Source of the DNA: Acidobacteriota bacterium
GTDB taxonomy: Bacteria > Acidobacteriota > Terriglobia > Terriglobales > Acidobacteriaceae
Length of the DNA stretch: 64,000 bases
NCBI GenBank assembly: GCA_031296105.1
Contig: JARLGJ010000039.1
Location: 52,981 to 116,980, forward strand
Direction: 5' to 3'
This document shows, in pieces, positions 59,073 through 64,000 of the stretch; position 1 is the stretch's first letter, and each line of letters starts with the position of its first letter. The translations under genes and the position numbers were made by a program. Under the pieces are notes generated by a model. It did not search any database. It worked only from the letters and a program-made list of their open reading frames with translations, and was not told the DNA's origin.

Positions 59073-59282
59073 TTACTGGTTGTCCTTCCACTCCTCATGC
59101 CATGCCATCTGGATTGCCTCCAGCTTGCCTTCGCTTGAGGCCTGCGCATCGTCATCGAAGCCCGCCAGCTCGATCACCATCTTGTGCAGATCGGTGAAGC
59201 GCACGTTGAGTGGGTCCGTCTGCGGAAACTTCTCGTAGAGTTCAATGCCGATGTCGTCGGCGTCATCCCAGCACAGCTTCAT
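59073..59282 (-). CDS. iscX: Fe-S assembly protein IscX
   Basis: 69 aa. MKLCWDDADDIGIELYEKFPQTDPLNVRFTDLHKMV matches the YfhJ/IscX pattern. GAGGAG lies upstream. Confidence 0.85.
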   Translation of the reverse strand: MKLCWDDADDIGIELYEKFPQTDPLNVRFTDLHKMVIELAGFDDDAQASSEGKLEAIQMAWHEEWKDNQ

Positions 59283-59299
59283 CGTTCGCTCCTCGTTTG

Positions 59300-59464
59300 T
59301 TACCGGCAGCAGGAGGGCCGCTGCCGCAGCTTAGCCCCGCACCAGAGCAACAACACGGAATTCAGCGCCAGCAATACTACCGCATTCCCGCCGCCTTTAT
59401 GTAACACGGCCGCGGCGGCCAACACAACTTCCACGGTTAAAAACAGTACAAACAGCACGCGCAC
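59300..59464 (-). CDS. possible small two-TM membrane protein between fdx and iscX
   Basis: The GTG at 59464-59462 shares one base with the fdx TAG stop. The ORF ends 17 nt before the iscX ATG. The product is VRVLFVLFLTVEVVLAAAAVLHKGGGNAVVLLALNSVLLLWCGAKLRQRPSCCR. The track ORF begins at an ATG at 59509 inside fdx. Confidence 0.4.
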   Translation of the reverse strand: MRVLFVLFLTVEVVLAAAAVLHKGGGNAVVLLALNSVLLLWCGAKLRQRPSCCR

Positions 59465-59889
59465 TACAGCGTACTGCCGCCGCCCTCGCTGATGTAATTG
59501 CGGTTCCATGACGGAATCTCCACGACCACTTCGCCCGGCTTTTCAATCACCGCCTGGCATCCCAGGCGCGAATTCAGTTGCAGACCGGCCGCCGTGTCCA
59601 GCTTGTCGGCTTCTTCCTCGCTGCACTCGTTCAGCAGTTCCGCGCCCTTCTTCACCACCACGTGGCAGGTAGTGCAGGCGCAGTTGCCGCCGCATGCGTG
59701 TTCCAAGGGCATCCCGGCGTTGAGCGCCACGTCCAGAATCGACTGCGGCTTTCCATGCTCCTGGTAGGGCAGCTTGCCCGCCTCGAACTCCACGCTCTTG
59801 CCGCTGGGTAAAAACGTCAGCCGGACCATGTTCGGACCCGGAGCGCTCTTCGTCTCGCTTGTCTGTACCTGTGCAATCGTCTCAGCCAT
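59464..59889 (-). CDS. fdx: ISC-type [2Fe-2S] ferredoxin
   Basis: HACGGNCACTTCHV plus a later QLNSRLGCQ Cys. An alternative start at 59829 (MVRLTFLPSG) would give the usual length of about 120 aa. Confidence 0.85.
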   Translation of the reverse strand: MAETIAQVQTSETKSAPGPNMVRLTFLPSGKSVEFEAGKLPYQEHGKPQSILDVALNAGMPLEHACGGNCACTTCHVVVKKGAELLNECSEEEADKLDTAAGLQLNSRLGCQAVIEKPGEVVVEIPSWNRNYISEGGGSTL

Positions 59890-59918
59890 CTCTTCGTCCT
59901 GTGCGCCCTCGGCGCCGT

Positions 59919-61862
59919 CTATTGGAATTCCGCCTTGCCGATCGGATGCGGAGCCTCCGGCCCGTCTTCCACGCCGGTGTTCTCCATGTTCTTGCCGCGC
60001 AGGGCGCTGCCCACCGCGGCATCCATCATCATTTCGGCAAGCTTCATGGTGCCTTCGTTCAACTCGTCAATCGCGCGGCGGATGGGATTGTGGTCGTCGC
60101 CGCTCACCGCGATGCGCAGCTTGTTTTCCAGATCTTCAATCCGTCGCTGCTCGCCAAAGCTCAACCTGGCCCACGCCTCGCTCTTGCGGCCCTTCTGCAA
60201 CGCCGTCAGAATCGTATCCGCCTCGTTGCGCGACTCGATCAGTTGGCGCGCGTTCAAATCCTGCTCCGCGTTGTCGAACGAGTCCAGGATCATGTTCTCC
60301 ACCTGCTCGTCCGTCAAGCCATAGCTCGGCTGCACGTCGATCTCCGCCTGCTTGTTGCTGCGCTGCTCGCGCGCGGAAACGTGCAGAATCCCATTGGCGT
60401 CGATCAGGAAGCGCACCTCGATGCGCGGCAGTCCCGCCGGCATTGGGGGAATGCCCTTCAAATCGAAGCGCGCCAACGAACGGCAATCCTTTGCCATCTC
60501 GCGCTCGCCCTGCAACACGTGAATCGCCACCGACGTCTGTCCCTCCACGCCGGTGGTAAAGTGCTCGGTGGCGCTGGCGGGAATCGTCGAGTTACGATGA
60601 ATGATCTTGGCCGTCACGCCGCCCAGGGCCTCAATGCCCAGCGAGAGCGGAGTCACGTCCAGCAGCAGCATGTCCTTGGTCTCTTCCGTGCCGCCGCTCA
60701 GAATGCTGGCCTGCACCGCCGCGCCCAAGGCCACAACTTCATCGGGATTCAGCTCCGTGTGCGGCTTGCGTCCGAACAGCTCCTCCACCTTGCGGCGCAC
60801 CAGGGGAATGCGCGTGGAGCCGCCCACCAGCACTACTTCGTCCACCTCCGCCGGCGTCAGTTCGGCGTCGCGCAGAGCCTGTTTGCAGGGCATCAGTGTG
60901 CGCTTCACAATCGGCAGCACCATCTGCTCGAACATCTCGCGCGTAATAGTGCGCTGGTACAACTTGCCGCCAGGCAGATCGACTTCGATGTGCGCCTGCT
61001 CCACCGAGGAGAGCGCAATTTTCGCCTCGATCACCGCATTGCGCAGACGCTGCACCGCCTCCGGAGATTGACGAATGTCGATCTTCAGGTCGCCCGCAAT
61101 ATCTTCGGCCGCTACCGCAACCAGCAGGTTGTCGATGTCGTCGCCGCCCAAGTGCGTGTCGCCATTGGTGGCAATCACCTCGAAGATTCCGTCCTTCAGC
61201 CGCAGAATAGAAATGTCGAACGTGCCGCCGCCAAAGTCGTACACGGCGATGGTGCCGTTCTGCTTCTTATCCAGCCCGTAGGCCAGCGAAGCCGCCGTAG
61301 GCTCGTTCACCAGGCGCAGCACTTCCAGTCCGGCAATGCGGCCCGCGTCCTTGGTTGCCTGGCGCTGCGCGTCGTTAAAATACGCGGGCACCGTGATGAC
61401 CGCCTGCTTGACCGGCGCGCCAAAATAACGCTCCGCGTTGCGCTTGAGCTGGCGCAGAATCTGCGCCGAAATTTCCGGCGGCGTATACGTGCGCTCGCCC
61501 AGCTTGATGCGCATCACCTCGCCCGCCATCAGATCTTCGGCAAGATGAAAGGGGAAGATCTTCAACTCTTCCCGCACGTCATCCACGCCGCGCCCCATCA
61601 GCCGCTTTACGCTGTACACCGCGCGCGAAGGAGCCGTCAGCAGCACGCCGCGCGCGGCGTTGCCCACCAGCATCTGTCCGTCCGGCTGCAAAGCCACCAC
61701 CGAGGGAACCAGGTTCGATCCGTCCTCGCCCGGAATGATGTGCACGCCCTTACCCGGCTCTCCCGGATGCGCCAGCGACGGACCGGTGCCCATATAAGCC
61801 ACCAGCGAATTGGTTGTTCCCAGGTCGATCCCGACCACGCGTTCATCTGCCATGTGCGCCAA
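59919..61862 (-). CDS. hscA: Fe-S assembly Hsp70-type chaperone HscA
   Basis: 647 aa. [18 protein letters not shown] and [10 protein letters not shown] are present. It sits between hscB and fdx. Confidence 0.9.
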   Translation of the reverse strand: MAHMADERVVGIDLGTTNSLVAYMGTGPSLAHPGEPGKGVHIIPGEDGSNLVPSVVALQPDGQMLVGNAARGVLLTAPSRAVYSVKRLMGRGVDDVREELKIFPFHLAEDLMAGEVMRIKLGERTYTPPEISAQILRQLKRNAERYFGAPVKQAVITVPAYFNDAQRQATKDAGRIAGLEVLRLVNEPTAASLAYGLDKKQNGTIAVYDFGGGTFDISILRLKDGIFEVIATNGDTHLGGDDIDNLLVAVAAEDIAGDLKIDIRQSPEAVQRLRNAVIEAKIALSSVEQAHIEVDLPGGKLYQRTITREMFEQMVLPIVKRTLMPCKQALRDAELTPAEVDEVVLVGGSTRIPLVRRKVEELFGRKPHTELNPDEVVALGAAVQASILSGGTEETKDMLLLDVTPLSLGIEALGGVTAKIIHRNSTIPASATEHFTTGVEGQTSVAIHVLQGEREMAKDCRSLARFDLKGIPPMPAGLPRIEVRFLIDANGILHVSAREQRSNKQAEIDVQPSYGLTDEQVENMILDSFDNAEQDLNARQLIESRNEADTILTALQKGRKSEAWARLSFGEQRRIEDLENKLRIAVSGDDHNPIRRAIDELNEGTMKLAEMMMDAAVGSALRGKNMENTGVEDGPEAPHPIGKAEFQ

Positions 61863-62570
61863 TTACCCCAGCACTTCCTGCACGTCGCGCAAAAGATTCC
61901 GCAAATAACTGCGGCGGTTCAAAACATCCACCATGGCGCCGGTGGCGGAAACATCGCCCGCGTCCCAACGCTGCCAGACCTTGTGCAACTCGTCACGCAG
62001 CCCTTTCAAGCGGGCGGTCAGCGAGTTCTCGGTGGCGTCCAACTGCTCGCGCACATCGTCGTCCACCTCACCCATCCTGGCTTCTTCCAGCAGCATGTTC
62101 AGTTCGAAGGCCTCCTCCAAAAACTCCGGAGGAACCGTTTGCTTCTTTTCCACGCCCAGCGCGCGCGCCTGCTCGGTGGCCACCTTGCTCTGCTCTTCCA
62201 TCTGGATGCCCTCCAGCGAAAGCAGATATTCGGTGCGCGCAATCTCGTCGCGCAGCGTGCGATAGGCGTCGTTCAACTGCGAAGTCTTTTCCAGGCTCCA
62301 CAACTGTTCGCGCTGGCTGGCCTGCGAATACATATCCGGGTGCAGCTTGCGGCTCAGCGTGTAGAACGCATCCTCCAGCTTCGCCTCATCCAGTTCCAGC
62401 CGCCGCGGCAGCCCGAAGAACGAGAAGAAGTCCGTGGGCAACGCCGGCTGCACGTGACCGCACTCCCCGCAGAAATGTTCGGCGCGCATGTCGCCGCACG
62501 ACCAGCATTTGTGCTGGTTCGGCCGCGTCTGCAACACCTTCAACTGGGTTCCGGTCTCGCTCATCGCCAT
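61863..62570 (-). CDS. hscB: J-domain co-chaperone HscB with an N-terminal tetracysteine motif
   Basis: 235 aa. CWSCGDMRAEHFCGECG precedes the J domain (DFFSFFGLP...LHPDMY). Confidence 0.85.
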   Translation of the reverse strand: MAMSETGTQLKVLQTRPNQHKCWSCGDMRAEHFCGECGHVQPALPTDFFSFFGLPRRLELDEAKLEDAFYTLSRKLHPDMYSQASQREQLWSLEKTSQLNDAYRTLRDEIARTEYLLSLEGIQMEEQSKVATEQARALGVEKKQTVPPEFLEEAFELNMLLEEARMGEVDDDVREQLDATENSLTARLKGLRDELHKVWQRWDAGDVSATGAMVDVLNRRSYLRNLLRDVQEVLG

Positions 62571-62574
62571 TGCC

Positions 62575-62931
62575 TTAAGAGAAGCTGCTGCCGCAGCCGC
62601 AGCTCTTCTTGGCGTTCGGATTCTGGAAGACGAAGCCGCGATGCATCAGCGTCTCCTCCCAGGCCACCGTCATGCCGTTCAGGTATATGAACGATTTCGG
62701 ATCGACAAAAACGCGAACGTCGCCGAAGGAAAAAATCCGGTCGCGTTCGCGCGGCTGCGTGTCAAAGCGAATGTTGTACGAGAGGCCCGAACAACCGCCG
62801 CCCTGCACGCCGAGCCTCAGACCGCCTTCTTCCGGCGCAATGCCTTCCTTCTGCATCGCCGCGCGGACGTGCTCCAGCGCTTTTTCCGTAATGTGAATCC
62901 CGCCGGCCGCAGCCGTCTGTTCCGTGGTCAT
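62575..62931 (-). CDS. iscA: A-type Fe-S carrier IscA
   Basis: 118 aa. GGCSGLSY and the C-terminal CGCGSSFS are present. Confidence 0.9.
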   Translation of the reverse strand: MTTEQTAAAGGIHITEKALEHVRAAMQKEGIAPEEGGLRLGVQGGGCSGLSYNIRFDTQPRERDRIFSFGDVRVFVDPKSFIYLNGMTVAWEETLMHRGFVFQNPNAKKSCGCGSSFS

Positions 62932-62949
62932 TGCTTCCCTCTTTTCCGC

Positions 62950-63333
62950 TTAGCCGTTCTTCTTCTTCCAGTCGGAGATCGCCGCGCGGATGGCGTCTTC
63001 CGCCAGTACCGAACAGTGAATCTTCACCGGAGGAAGCGACAGCTCCTTCACAATGTCCGTGTTCTTGATCTGCAGTGCTTCGTCCACCGTCTTGCCCTTC
63101 ACCCACTCGGTGGCCAGCGAAGAGCTGGCAATGGCCGAGCCGCAGCCGAAGGTCTTGAACTTGGCGTCTTCGATCACATTCGTCTCGGGATTCACCCGGA
63201 TCTGCAGCTTCATCACGTCGCCGCATTCCGGCGCGCCCACCAGTCCCGTGCCCACCTCGGCGCTGCCCTTGTCCATGGTGCCTACGTTGCGCGGGTTCGT
63301 ATAATGGTCGAGTACCTTATCGCTGTATGCCAT
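62950..63333 (-). CDS. iscU: Fe-S scaffold IscU
   Basis: 127 aa. GAPECGDVMKL, FGCGSAIASSS and LPPVKIHCSVLA are present. Confidence 0.95.
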   Translation of the reverse strand: MAYSDKVLDHYTNPRNVGTMDKGSAEVGTGLVGAPECGDVMKLQIRVNPETNVIEDAKFKTFGCGSAIASSSLATEWVKGKTVDEALQIKNTDIVKELSLPPVKIHCSVLAEDAIRAAISDWKKKNG

Positions 63334-63427
63334 CCCGTTGTCTCCTTCCGATCCTATGCCGCCGCCCCACGCGGCGGCAAAAATCTGTTAGATGGTTCGT
63401 CCGCTTCTTCAGCCGGCGCCGCCCGGA

Positions 63428-64000
63428 TTAGTGAGCCGCCGGCTCGGCCTGCCACTTCACCTTCGTCAGGTCCACGCCGTCCTTGTGCATTTCGTACAGC
63501 GGCGAAAGCTCGCGCAGGCGGCGCACCACGTCCACCACCTTGTTCGCCACGTAGTCCACTTCGGCCTGGGTGTTGAAGCGCCCCAGTCCGAAGCGGATGG
63601 AGCTGTGTGCCAGTTCGTCGCCCGCTCCCAGTGCCTTAAGCACGTAACTCGGCTCCAGAGTGGCCGACGTGCAGGCCGAGCCGCTGGACACCGCGATGTC
63701 GTTGATGCCCATCAGCAGCGATTCACCTTCCACATAGGCAAAGCTGATGTTCAGGCTGCCCGGCAGGCGGTGCTCCATGTTGCCGTTGATGTAGACCTCG
63801 TCAAGCTGGCCGCAGATCTGCTCGCGCAGGCTTTCGCGCAAGGCCAGCATGCGCTTGCTCTCCTCGGCCATCTCCTGGCCGGCCAGTTCGAAGGCCTTGC
63901 CCATGCCCACAATGCCCGGCACGTTCAAGGTGCCGCTGCGCATGCCGCGCTCGTGGCCGCCACCGTCCATCTGCGACACCAGTTGTACGCGCGGATTGCG
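63428..64000 (-). CDS. iscS: cysteine desulfurase IscS, N-terminal part outside the window
   Basis: The active-site loop is [17 protein letters not shown], and the C-terminal sequence is [17 protein letters not shown]. The frame stays open to the window edge. Confidence 0.9.
   Translation of the reverse strand, partial: RNPRVQLVSQMDGGGHERGMRSGTLNVPGIVGMGKAFELAGQEMAEESKRMLALRESLREQICGQLDEVYINGNMEHRLPGSLNISFAYVEGESLLMGINDIAVSSGSACTSATLEPSYVLKALGAGDELAHSSIRFGLGRFNTQAEVDYVANKVVDVVRRLRELSPLYEMHKDGVDLTKVKWQAEPAAH

Noticed and set aside
59859-62690. A 943-aa plus-strand ORF spanning the hscA and hscB region.
   Set aside because: It is antisense to two genes with clear Hsp70 and J-domain signatures. 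It is Arg/Leu/Ala/His-rich and crosses a gene boundary in one frame.

Overview
This is a high-GC bacterial chromosomal segment that is densely coding. Gene content and the dispersed hairpin repeat families suggest an Acidobacteria-like genome, which is an inference and not verified. Most of the window is housekeeping or metabolic.

Genes in order:
- a ROK kinase (partial), a TetR regulator, an M20 peptidase, the membrane pyrophosphatase hppA, and two tandem small c-type cytochromes
- a three-domain acyl-activating enzyme/carrier/acyltransferase fusion, and an orphan dCache chemoreceptor
- overlapping xerD-xerC, then tRNA-Arg(CCG) followed by a small lower-GC C-protein/HNH nuclease/Dam-like methyltransferase module
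- trpB2, a DUF255 thioredoxin-domain protein, a glycerate kinase, an MBL hydrolase, and a 3-hydroxyacid dehydrogenase
- a ccmE-A-B-C-D operon whose CcmE carries CxxxY instead of HxxxY
- thiC, dctA, an M28 peptidase, and an amidase with a GerMN protein
- a fadN-fadA-fadE beta-oxidation operon with a candidate TetR-type FadR box
- NUDIX, galT-like, yraN, HAD, an AKR-ferredoxin fusion, a DUF885-like protein, an OPT transporter, ilvD, and an APC permease fused to a USP domain
- an isc operon (iscS partial, iscU, iscA, hscB, hscA, fdx, iscX) with an extra small membrane ORF

Two families of intergenic structured repeats recur. One is a CCCCAGGTT...AACCTGGG hairpin family with at least three loop subtypes. 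The other is a roughly 150-200 nt four-hairpin module present three times, with compensatory stem changes between copies.

I found no CRISPR array, IS element, prophage or rRNA. All functional calls rest on motif recognition by eye. No database search was run.
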